DNA from: Eledone cirrhosa
Taxonomy: Eukaryota
Reading direction: 5' to 3'
Length of the DNA: 64,000 bases
Assembly (NCBI GenBank): GCA_964016885.1
Contig: OZ024744.1
Span: 8,742,001-8,806,000 of the forward strand
Of the stretch, positions 39,901 to 52,800 are shown in pieces; the stretch's first letter is position 1; every line of letters starts with the position of its first letter. A program made the position numbers and the translations under genes. The notes below the pieces were generated by a model. That model was not told the DNA's origin and searched no databases. It was given only the letters and a program-made list of their open reading frames with translations.

Positions 39901-39969
39901 CCCTTCAACCATGTTTATACATATAGTTTTTATTTTACTTCCCTTCTTTACTACCTTTATTTACAATCA

Positions 39970-40090
<121 letters not shown>

Positions 40091-40410
40091 GCGCGCCACA
40101 AGGCAAGAAAAACAGTTTATCCAATGTTAAGCATTTTCAGCTACGATTAGCTGCTTTGAAAATAATTTGACCTTTTCACACAATAAACCCCACCTAAATG
40201 CACTCACACGCGCATATATATAGGGGATGTAACATGTTGTTAATGTAGGTAACACACACACACATACACACTCACACACACACATATATATATAGTAATA
40301 ATAATAAATTTGAAGACAAAGCAGCGACTCTTTGCTTAAACTTTAATCTGTTATTTTAATATATATATATAACAGTGAGTGTGTTCTGTTATTAATTCTG
40401 ACAATATTAT

Positions 40411-40585
40411 TATTGGCAGTATCAGTAGAGGGTCAGATGCCATGCTTTCCAGCATAGTTACGTCCCTTTACGATCTGAGTTCAAATCCCGCCGAGGTTGA
40501 CTTTCAACCTTACGGGATCGATAAAATAAAGTACCAGTAATGCACTGGGTAATTGCTGGCCTTGTGCCTAAAGTAGAAACATTTA
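40411..40585 (+). mobile_element. tRNA-derived SINE (same family as 20633-20826)
   Basis: tggcagtatcagtag...gagttcaaatcccgccgaggttgactttc...gatcgataaaataaagtaccag...gctggccttgtgcctaaagtagaaac. Confidence 0.8.
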
Positions 40586-40645
40586 TTATTACACAAATAT
40601 GACCCTCCCCATGTATAACAATATATATATATATATATATATATA

Positions 40646-40844
40646 AGACGTAAAATAAGAAAATTTTAAAAAAATTAAAAAAAATTAACTTACTTACTAA
40701 AATTTTCACTCCAACTAATTAGTTTCTGCAATGAGATAAAGACAGTTTCGTAATAAACTGTTGAGAATTCATTGCGTCATCAGGGAGGTCTATTCTCAGC
40801 TAAGTCTCCAGGTAATGCGCGGACTCTGGGGACTCATATAAAAA
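40646..40844 (-). repeat. Inverted partial monomer heading the 541-bp array
   Basis: Reverse complement of the monomer segment atatgagtcccc...ttttacgtctt; ends in (AT)n at 40621-40645. Confidence 0.93.
40709..40787 (-). ncRNA. Type I hammerhead ribozyme in the inverted partial monomer
   Basis: Minus strand: ctcc CTGATGA c-gcaatga...tcattgc-a GAAA ct-aatt-ag tt ggag. Confidence 0.78.
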
Positions 40845-43800
40845 ATTCTCTATATTTATCTCCAAATCACTTTGTCGAGCAAAGCTGCCAAAACCACTAC
40901 TAAATTTTTGGTGTGTTAGTAGGCTTCTGTCATCTTACCATCCCACTCCTACCGACTAGCCTCAGTGTCACGTGATTGATTCTTTAGACTCTACCATTTG
41001 ACCAGTGACAGCGAGATTTTCAGTGCATGGAATCCAGTCCCCGCTAGCTGTTCCATTTACCGAATTATTATTATTTTTATATGAGTCCCCAGTGTCCGCG
41101 CATTGCCTGGAGACTTAGCTGAGAATAGACCTCCCTGATGACGCAATGAATTCTCAACAGTTTATTACGTAACTGTCTTTATCCCATTGCAGAAACTAAT
41201 TAGTTGGAGTGAAAACTTTAGTAAGTAAGTTAATTTATTAAAGTTTTTTTTAAATTTTCTTATTTTACGTCTTTTATATTATTGTTCTGCATCCTCCTGC
41301 ATTGAACCACCTAGGTACTATGACATAACCTGTGTATTTGCTGACATTAGCGTACATCTGTGCGCATATGTTAGTAGATATACTAAATTCTCTATATTTA
41401 TCTCCAAATCACTTTGTCGAGCAAAGCTGCCAAAACCACTACTAAATGTTTGGTGTGTTAGTAGGCTTCTGTCATCTTACCATCCCACTCCTACCGACTA
41501 GCCTCAGTGTCACGTGATTGATTCTTTAGAATCTACCATTTGACCAGTGACAGCGAGATTTTCAGTGCATGGAATCCAGTCCCCGCTAGCTGTTCCATTT
41601 ACCGAATTATTATTATTTTTATATGAGTCCCCAGTGTCCGCGCATTGCCTGGAGACTTAGCTGAGAATAGACCTCCCTGATGACGCAATGAATTCTCAAC
41701 AGTTTATTACGTAACTGTCTTTATCCCATTGTAGAAACTAATTAGTTGGAGTGAAAATCTTAGTAAGTAAGTTAATTATTTAAAATTTTTTTTAATTTTC
41801 TTATTTCGCGTCTTTTATATTATTGTTCTGCATCCTCCTGCATTGAACCACCTAGGTACTATGACATAACCTGTGTATTTGCTGAAATTAGCGTACATCT
41901 GTGAGGATATGTTGTTAGTAGATATATTAAATTCTCTATATTTATCTCCAAATCACTTTGTCGAGCAAACCTGCCAAAACCACTACTAAATTTTTGGTGT
42001 GTTAGTAGGCTTCTGTCATCTTACCATCCCACTCCTACCGACTAGCCTCAGTGTCGCGTGATTGATTCTTTAGAATCTACCATTTGACCAGTGACAGCGA
42101 GATTTTCAGTGCATGGAATCCAGTCCCCGCTAGCTGTTCCATTTACCGAATTATTATTATTTTTATATGAGTCCCCAGTGTCCGCGCATTGCCTGGAGAC
42201 TTAGCTGAGAATAGACCTCCCTGATGACGCAATGAATTCTCAACAGTTTATTACGTAACTGTCTTTATCCCATTGCAGAAACTAATTAGTTGGAGTGAAA
42301 ACTTTAGTAAGTAAGTTAATTTATTAAAGTTTTTTTTAAATTTTCTTATTTTACGTCTTTTATATTATTGTTCTGCATCCTCCTGCATTGAACCACCTAG
42401 GTACTATGACATAACCTGTGTATTTGCTGACATTAGCGTACATCTGTGCGCATATGTTAGTAGATATACTAAATTCTCTATATTTATCTCCAAATCACTT
42501 TGTCGAGCAAAGCTGCCAAAACCACTACTAAATGTTTGGTGTGTTAGTAGGCTTCTGTCATCTTACCATCCCACTCCTACCGACTAGCCTCAGTGTCACG
42601 TGATTGATTCTTTAGAATCTACCATTTGACCAGTGACAGCGAGATTTTCAGTGCATGGAATCCAGTCCCCGCTAGCTGTTCCATTTACCGAATTATTATT
42701 ATTTTTATATGAGTCCCCAGTGTCCGCGCATTGCCTGGAGACTTAGCTGAGAATAGACCTCCCTGATGACGCAATGAATTCTCAACAGTTTATTACGTAA
42801 CTGTCTTTATCCCATTGCAGAAACTAATTAGTTGAAGTGAAAACTTTAGTAAGTAAGTTAATTTTTTTAAGTTTTTTTTAAATTTTCTTGTTTTACGTCT
42901 TTTATATTATTGTTCTGCATCCTTCTGCATTGAACCACCTAGGTACTATGACATAACCTGTGTATTTGCTGACATTAGCGTACATCTGTGTGCATATGTT
43001 AGTAGATACACTAAATTCTCTATATTTATCTCCAAATCACTTTGTCGAGCAAACCTGCCAAAACCACTACTAAATTTTTGGTGTGTTAGTAGGCTTCTGT
43101 CATCTTACCATCCCACTCCTACCGACTAGCCTCAGTGTCACGTGATTGATTCTTTAGAATCTACCATTTGACCAGTGACAGCAAGATTTTCAGTGCATGG
43201 AATCCAGTCCCCGCTAGCTGTTCCATTTACCGAATTATTATTATTTTTATATGAGTCCCCAGTGTCCGCGCATTGCCTGGAGACTTAGCTGAGAATAGAC
43301 CTCCCTGATGACGCAATGAATTCTCAACAGTTTATTACGTAACTGTCTTTATCCCATTGCAGAAACTAATTAGTTGGAGTGAAAACTTTAGTAAGTAAGT
43401 TAATTTTTTTAAGTTTTTTTTAAATTTTCTTATTTTACGTCTTTTATATTATTGTTCTGCATCCTCCTGCATTGAACCACCTAGGTACTATGACATAACC
43501 TGTGTATTTGCTGACATTAGCGTACATCTGTGCGCATATGTTAGTAGATATACTAAATTCTCTATATTTATCTCCAAATCACTTTGTCGAGCAAACCTGC
43601 CAATACCACTACTAAATGTTTGGTGTGTTAGTAGGCTTCTGTCATCTTACCATCCCACTCCTACCGACTAGCCTCAGTGTCACGTGATTGATTCTTTAGA
43701 ATCTACCATTTGACCAGTGACAGCGAGATTTTCAGTGCATGGAATCCAGTCCCCGCTAGCTGTTCCATTTACCGAATTATTATTATTTTTATATGAGTTC

Positions 43801-46800
43801 CCAGTGTCCGCGCATTGCCTGGAGACTTAGCTGAGAATAGACCTCCCTGATGACGCAATGAATTCTCAACAGTTTATTAAGTAACTGTCTTTATCCCATT
43901 GCAGAAACTAATTAGTTGGAGTGAAAATTTTAGTAAGTTAATTTTTTAAAAATTTTTTAAAATTTTCTTATTTTACGTCTTTTATATTATTGTTCTGCAT
44001 CCTCCTGCATTGAACCACCTAGGTACTATGACATATCCTGTGTATTTGCTGACATTAGCGTACATCTGTGCGCATATGTTAGTAGATATACTAAATTCTC
44101 TATATTTATCTCCAAATCACTTTGTCGAGCAAACCTGCCAAAACCACTACTAAATTTTTGGTGTGTTAGTAGGCTTCTGTCATCTTACCATCCCACTCCT
44201 ACCGACTAGCCTCAGTGTCACGTGATTGATTCTTTAGAATCTACCATTTGACCACTGACAGCGAGATTTTCAGTGCATGGAATCCAGTCCCCGCTAGCTG
44301 TTCCATTTACCGAATAATTATTATTTTTATATGAGTCCCCAGTGTCCGCGCATTGCCTGGAGACTTAGCTGAGAATAGACCTCCCTGATGACGCAATGAA
44401 TTCTCAACAGTTTATTACGTAACTGTCTTTATCGCATTGCAGAAACTAATTAGTTGGAGTGAACATTTTAGTAAGTAAGTTAATTTTAAAAAAATTTTTT
44501 AAATCTTCTTATTTTACGTCTTTTATATTATTGTTCTGCATCCTCCTGCATTGAACCACCTAGGTACTATGACATAACCTGTGTATTTGCTGACATTAGC
44601 GTACATCTGTGCGCATATGTTAGTAGATATACTAAATTCTCTATATTTATCTCCAAATCACTTTGTCGAGTAAACCTGCCAAAACCACTACTAAATTTTT
44701 GGTGTGTTAGTAGGCTTCTGTCATCTTACCATCCCACTCCTACCGACTAGCCTCAGTGTCACGTGATTGATTTTTTAGAATCTACCATTTGACCAGTGAC
44801 AGCGAGATTTTCAGTGCATGGAATCCAGTCCCCGCTATCTGTTCCATTTACCGAATTATTATTATTTTTATATGAGTCCCCAGTGTACGCGCATTGCCTG
44901 GAGACTTAGCTGAGAATAGACCTCCCTGATGACGCAATGAATTCTCAACAGTTTATTACGTAACTGTCTTTATCCCATTGCAGAAACTAATTAGTTGGAG
45001 TGAAAATTTTAGTAAGTAAGTTAATTTTTAAAAATTTTTTTTTAATTTTCTTATACGTCTTTTATATTATTGTTCTGCCTCCTCCTGCATTGAACCACCT
45101 AGGTACTATGACATAACCTGTGTATTTGCTGACATTAGCGTACATCTGTGCGCATATGTTAGTAGATATACTAAATTCTCTATATTTATCTCCAAATCTC
45201 TTTGTCGAGTAAACCTGCCAAAACCACTACTAAATTTTTGGTGTTAGTAGGCTTCTGTCATCTTACCATCCCTCTCCTACCGACTAGCCTCAGTGTCGCG
45301 TGATTGATTCTTTAGAATCTACCATTTGACCAGTGACAGCGAGATTTTCAGTGCATGGAATCCAGTCCCCGCTAGCTGTTCCATTTACCGAATTATTATT
45401 ATTTTTATATGAGTCCCCAGTGTCCGCGCATTGCCTGGAGACTTAGCTGAGAATAGACCTCCCTGATGACGCAATGAATTCTCAACAGTTTATTACGTAA
45501 CTGTCTTTATCCCATTGCAGAAACTAATTAGTTGGAGTGAAAACTTTAGTAAGTAAGTTAATTTATTAAAGTTTTTTTTAAATTTTCTTATTTTACGTCT
45601 TTTATATTATTGTTCTGCATCCTCCTGCATTGAACCACCTAGGTACTATGACATAACCTGTGTATTTGCTGACATTAGCGTACATCTGTGCGCATATGTT
45701 AGTAGATATACGAAATTCTCTATATTTATCTCCAAATCACTTTGTCGAGCAAACCTGCCAAAACCACTACTAAATTTTTGGTGTGTTAGTAGGCTTCTGT
45801 CATCTTACCATCCCACTCCTACCGACTAGCCTCAGTGTCGCGTGATTGATTCTTTAGAATCTACCATTTGACCAGTGACAGCGAGATTTTCAGTGCATGG
45901 AATCCAGTCCCCGCTAGCTGTTCCATTTACCGAATTATTATTATTTTTATATGAGTCCCCAGTGTCCGCGCATTGCCTGGAGACTTAGCTGAGAATAGAC
46001 CTCCCTGATGACGCAATGAATTCTCAACAGTTTATTACGTAACTGTCTTTATCCCATTGCAGAAACTAATTAGTTGAAGTGAAAACTTTAGTAAGTAAGT
46101 TAATTTTTTTAAGTTTTTTTTAAATTTTCTTGTTTTACGTCTTTTATATTATTGTTCTGCATCCTTCTGCATTGAACCACCTAGGTACTATGACATAACC
46201 TGTGTATTTGCTGACATTAGCGTACATCTGTGCGCATATGTTAGTAGATATACTAAATTCTCTATATTTATCTCCAAATCACTTTGTCGAGCAAACCTGC
46301 CAATACCACTACTAAATGTTTGGTGTGTTAGTAGGCTTCTGTCATCTTACCATCCCACTCCTACCGACTAGCCTCAGTGTCACGTGATTGATTCTTTAGA
46401 ATCTACCATTTGACCAGTGACAGCAAGATTTTCAGTGCATGGAATCCAGTCCCCGCTAGCTGTTCCATTTACCGAATTATTATTATTTTTATATGAGTCC
46501 CCAGTGTCCGCGCATTGCCTGGAGACTTAGCTGAGAATAGACCTCCCTGATGACGCAATGAATTCTCAACAGTTTATTACGTAACTGTCTTTATCCCATT
46601 GCAGAAACTAATTAGTTGGAGTGAAAACTTTAGTAAGTAAGTTAATTTTTTTAAGTTTTTTTTAAATTTTCTTATTTTACGTCTTTTATATTATTGTTCT
46701 GCATCCTCCTGCATTGAACCACCTAGGTACTATGACATAACCTGTGTATTTGCTGACATTAGCGTACATCTGTGCGCATATGTTAGTAGATATACTAAAT

Positions 46801-49800
46801 TCTCTATATTTATCTCCAAATCACTTTGTCGAGCAAACCTGCCAATACCACTACTAAATGTTTGGTGTGTTAGTAGGCTTCTGTCATCTTACCATCCCAC
46901 TCCTACCGACTAGCCTCAGTGTCACGTGATTGATTCTTTAGAATCTACCATTTGACCAGTGACAGCGAGATTTTCAGTGCATGGAATCCAGTCCCCGCTA
47001 GCTGTTCCATTTACCGAATTATTATTATTTTTATATGAGTTCCCAGTGTCCGCGCATTGCCTGGAGACTTAGCTGAGAATAGACCTCCCTGATGACGCAA
47101 TGAATTCTCAACAGTTTATTAAGTAACTGTCTTTATCCCATTGCAGAAACTAATTAGTTGGAGTGAAAATTTTAGTAAAAAGTTAATTTTTTTTAATTTT
47201 TTTTTAATTTTCTTATTTTACGTCTTTTATATTATTGTTCTGCATCCTCCTGCATTGAACCACCTAGGTACTATGACATAACCTGTGTATTTGCTGACAT
47301 TAGCGTACATCTGTGCGCATATGTTAGTAGATATACTAAATTCTCTATATTTATATCCAAATCACTTTGTCGAGCAAACCTGCCAAAACCACTACTAAAT
47401 TTTTGGTGTGTTAGTAGGCTTCTGTCATCTTACCATCCCACTCCTACCGACTAGCCTCAGTGTCACGTGATTGATTCTTTAGAATCTACCATTTGACCAG
47501 TGACAGCGAGATTTTCAGTGCATGGAATCTAGTCCCCGCTAGCTGTTCCGTTTACCGAATTATTATTATTTTTATATGAGTCCCCAGTGTCCGCGCATTG
47601 CCTGGAGACTTAGCTGAGCATAGACCTCCCTGATGACGCAATGAATTCTCAACAGTTTATTAAGTAACTGTCTTTATCCCATTGCAGAAACTAATTAGTT
47701 GGAGTGAAAATTTAAGTAAGTTAATTTTTTAAAAATTTTTTAAAATTTTCTTATTTTACGTCTTTTATATTATTGTTCTGCATCCTCCTGCATTGAACCA
47801 CCTAGGTACTATGACATATCCTGTGTATTTGCTGACATTAGCGTACATCTGTGCGCATATGTTAGTAGATATACTAAATTCTCTATATTTATCTCCAAAT
47901 CACTTTGTCGAGCAAACCTGCCAAAACCACTACTAAATTTTTGGTGTGTTAGTAGGCTTCTGTCATCTTACCATCCCACTCCTACCGACTAGCCTCAGTG
48001 TCACGTGATTGATTCTTTAGAATCTACCATTTGACCACTGACAGCGAGATTTTCAGTGCATGGAATCCAGTCCCCGCTAGCTGTTCCATTTACCGAATAA
48101 TTATTATTTTTATATGAGTCCCCAGTGTCCGCGCATTGCCTGGAGACTTAGCTGAGAATAGACCTCCCTGATGACGCAATGAATTCTCAACAGTTTATTA
48201 CGTAACTGTCTTTATCCCATTGCAGAAACTAATTAGTTGGAGTGAACATTTTAGTAAGTAAGTTAATTTTAAAAAAATTTTTTAAATCTTCTTATTTTAC
48301 GTCTTTTATATTATTGTTCTGCATCCTCCTGCATTGAACCACCTAGGTACTATGACATAACCTGTGTATTTGCTGACATTAGCGTACATCTGTGCGCATA
48401 TGTTAGTAGATATACTAAATTCTATATATTTATCTCCAAATCACTTTGTCGAGCAAACCTGCCAAAACCACTACTAAATTGTTGGTGTGTTAGTAGGCTT
48501 CTGTCATCTTACCATCCCACTCCTACCGACTAGCCTCAGTGTCACGTGATTGATTCTTTAGAATCTACCATTTGACCAGTGACAGCGAGATTTTCAGTGC
48601 ATGGAATCCAGTCCCCGCTAGCTGTTCCATTTACCGAATTATTATTATTTTTATATGAGTCCCAAGTGTCCGCGCATTGCCTGGAGACTTAGCTGAGAAT
48701 AGACCTCCCTGATGACGCAATGAATTCTCAACAGTTTATTACGTAACTGTCTTTATCCCATTGCAGAAACTAATTAGTTGGAGTGAACATTTTAGTAAGT
48801 AAGTTAATTTTTAAAAAAATTTTTTAAATCTTCTTATTTTACGTCTTTTATATTATTGTTCTGCATCCTCCTGCATTGAACCACCTAGGTACTATGACAT
48901 AACCTGTGTATTTGATGACATTAGCGTGCATCTGTGCGCATATGTTAGTAGATATACTAAATTCTCTATATTTATCTCCAAATCTCTTTGTCGAGTAAAC
49001 CTGCCAAAACCACTACTAAATTTTTGGTGTGTTAGTAGGCTTCTGTCATCTTACCATCCCACTCCTACCGACTAGCCTCAGTGTCACGTGCTTGATTTTT
49101 TAGAATCTACCATTTGACCAGTGACAGCGAGATTTTCAGTGCATGGAATCCAGTCCCCGCTAGCTGTTCCATTTACAGAATTATTATTATTTTTATATGA
49201 GTCCCCAGTGTCCGCGCATTGCCTGGAGACTTAGCTGAGCATAGACCTCCCTGATGACGCAATGAATTCTCAACAGTTTATTACGTAACTGTCTTTATTC
49301 CATTGCAGAAACTAATTAGTTGTAGTGAATACTTTAGTAAGTAAGTTAATTTTTTAAGTTTTTTTTTTTATTTTCTTATTTTACGTCTTTTATATTATTG
49401 TTCTGCATCCTCCTGCATTGAACCACCTAGGTACTATGACATAACCTGTGTATTTGCTGACATTAGCGTACATCTGTGCGCATATGTTAGTAGATATACG
49501 AAATTCTCTATATTTATCTCCAAATCACTTTGTCGAGCAAACCTGCCAAAACCTGTACTCAATTTTTGGTGTGTTAGTAGGCTTCTGTCATCTTACCATC
49601 CCACTCCTACCGACTAGCCTGAGTGTCACGTGATTGATTCTTTAGAATCTACCATTTGACCAGTGACAGCGAGATTTTCAGTGCATGGAATCCAGTCCCC
49701 GCTAGCTGTTCCATTTACCGAATTATTATTATTTTTATATGAGTCCCCAGTGTCCGCGCATTGCTTGGAGACTTAGCTGAGAATAGACCTCCCTGATGAC

Positions 49801-52800
49801 GCAATGAATTCTCAATAGTTTATTAAGTAATTGTCTTTATCCCATTGCAGAAACTAATTAGTTGGAGTGAAAATTTTATTAAAAAGTTAATTTTTAAAAT
49901 TTTTTTTAAATTTTCTTCTTTTACGTCTTTTATATTATTGTTCTGCATCCTCCTGCATTGAACCACCTAGGTACTATGACATAACCTGTGTATTTGCTGA
50001 CATTAGCATACATCTGTGCGCATATGTTAGTAGATATACTAAATTCTCTATATTTATCTCCAAATCACTTTGTCTAGCAAACCTGCCAAAACCACTACTA
50101 AAGTTTTGGTGTGTTAGTAGGCTTCTGTCATCTTACCATCCCACTCCTACCGACTAGCCTCATTGTCACGTGATTGATTCTTTAGAATCTACCATTTGAC
50201 CAGTGACAGCGAGATTTTCAGTGCATGGAATCCAGTCCCCGCTAGCTGTTCCGTTTACCGAATTATTATTATTTTTATATGAGTCCCCAGTGTCCGCGCA
50301 TTGCCTGGAGACTTAGCTGAGCATAGACCTCCCTGATGACGCAATGAATTCTCAACAGTTTATTAAGTAACTGTCTTTATCCCATTGCAGAATCTAATTA
50401 GTTGGAGTGAAAATTTTAGTAAGTTAATTTTTAAAAAATTTTTTAAAATTTTCTTATTTTACGTCTTTTATATTATTGTTCTGCATCCTCCTGCATTGAA
50501 CCACCTAGGTACTATGACATATCCTGTGTATTTGCTGACATTAGCGTACATCTGTGCGCATATGTTAGTAGATATACTAAATTCTCTATATTTATCTCCA
50601 AATCACTTTGTCGAGCAAACCTGCCAAAACCACTACTAAATTTTTGGTGTGTTAGTAGGCTTCTGTCATCTTACCATCCCACTCCTACCGACTAGCCTCA
50701 GTGTCACGTGATTGATTCTTTAGAATCTACCATTTGACCACTGACAGCGAGATTTTCAGTGCATGGAATCCAGTCCCCGCTAGCTGTTCCATTTACCGAA
50801 TAATTATTATTTTTATATGAGTCCCCAGTGTCCGCGCATTGCCTGGAGACTTAGCTGAGAATAGACCTCCCTGATGACGCAATGAATTCTCAACAGTTTA
50901 TTACGTAACTGTCTTTATCCCATTGCAGAAACTAATTAGTTGGAGTGAACATTTTAGTAAGTAAGTTAATTTTAAAAAAATTTTTTAAATCTTCTTATTT
51001 TACGTCTTTTATATTATTGTTCTGCATCCTCCTGCATTGAACCACCTAGGTACTATGACATAACCTGTGTATTTGCTGACATTAGCGTACATCTGTGCGC
51101 ATATGTTAGTAGATATACTAAATTCTATATATTTATCTCCAAATCACTTTGTCGAGCAAACCTGCCAAAACCACTACTAAATTGTTGGTGTGTTAGTAGG
51201 CTTCTGTCATCTTACCATCCCACTCCTACCGACTAGCCTCAGTGTCACGTGATTGATTCTTTAGAATCTACCATTTGACCAGTGACAGCGAGATTTTCAG
51301 TGCATGGAATCCAGTCCCCGCTAGCTGTTCCATTTACCGAATTATTATTATTTTTATATGAGTCCCAAGTGTCCGCGCATTGCCTGGAGACTTAGCTGAG
51401 AATAGACCTCCCTGATGACGCAATGAATTCTCAACAGTTTATTACGTAACTGTCTTTATCCCATTGCAGAAACTAATTAGTTGGAGTGAACATTTTAGTA
51501 AGTAAGTTAATTTTTAAAAAATTTTTTTAAATCTTCTTATTTTACGTCTTTTATATTATTGTTCTGCATCCTCCTGCATTGAACCACCTAGGTACTATGA
51601 CATAACCTGTGTATTTGATGACATTAGCGTGCATCTGTGCGCATATGTTAGTAGATATACTAAATTCTCTATATTTATCTCCAAATCTCTTTGTCGAGTA
51701 AACCTGCCAAAACCACTACTAAATTTTTGGTGTGTTAGTAGGCTTCTGTCATCTTACCATCCCACTCCTACCGACTAGCCTCAGTGTCACGTGATTGATT
51801 TTTTAGAATCTACCATTTGACCAGTGACAGCGAGATTTTCAGTGCATGGAATCCAGTCCCCGCTAGCTGTTCCATTTACAGAATTATTATTATTTTTATA
51901 TGAGTCCCCAGTGTCCGCGCATTGCCTGGAGACTTAGCTGAGCATAGACCTCCCTGATGACGCAATGAATTCTCAACAGTTTATTACGTAACTGTCTTTA
52001 TTCCATTGCAGAAACTAATTAGTTGTAGTGAATACTTTAGTAAGTAAGTTAATTTTTTAAGTTTTTTTTTTTATTTTCTTATTTTACGTCTTTTATATTA
52101 TTGTTCTGCATCCTCCTGCATTGAACCACCTAGGTACTATGACATAACCTGTGTATTTGCTGACATTAGCGTACATCTGTGCGCATATGTTAGTAGATAT
52201 ACGAAATTCTCTATATTTATCTCCAAATCACTTTGTCGAGCAAACCTGCCAAAACCTGTACTAAATTTTTGGTGTGTTAGTAGGCTTCTGTCATCTTACC
52301 ATCCCACTCCTACCGACTAGCCTCATTGTCACGTGATTGATTCTTTAGAATCTACCATTTTACCAGTGACAGCGAGATTTTCAGTGCATGGAATCCAGTC
52401 CCCGCTAGCTGTTCCATTTACCGAATTATTATTATTTTTATATGAGTCCCCAGTGTCCGCGCATTGCCGGGAGACTTAGCTGAGAATAGACCTCCCTGAT
52501 GACGCAATGAATTCTCAATAGTTTATTAAGTAATTGTCTTTATCCCATTGCAGAAACTAATTAGTTGGAGTGAAAATTTTATTAAAAAGTTAATTTTTAA
52601 AATTTTTTTTAAATTTTCTTCTTTTACGTCTTTTATATTATTGTTCTGCATCCTCCTGCATTGAACCACCTAGGTACTATGACATAACCTGTGTATTTGC
52701 TGACATTAGCATACATCTGTGCGCATATGTTAGTAGATATACTAAATTCTCTATATTTATCTCCAAATCACTTTGTCTAGCAAACCTGCCAAAACCACTA

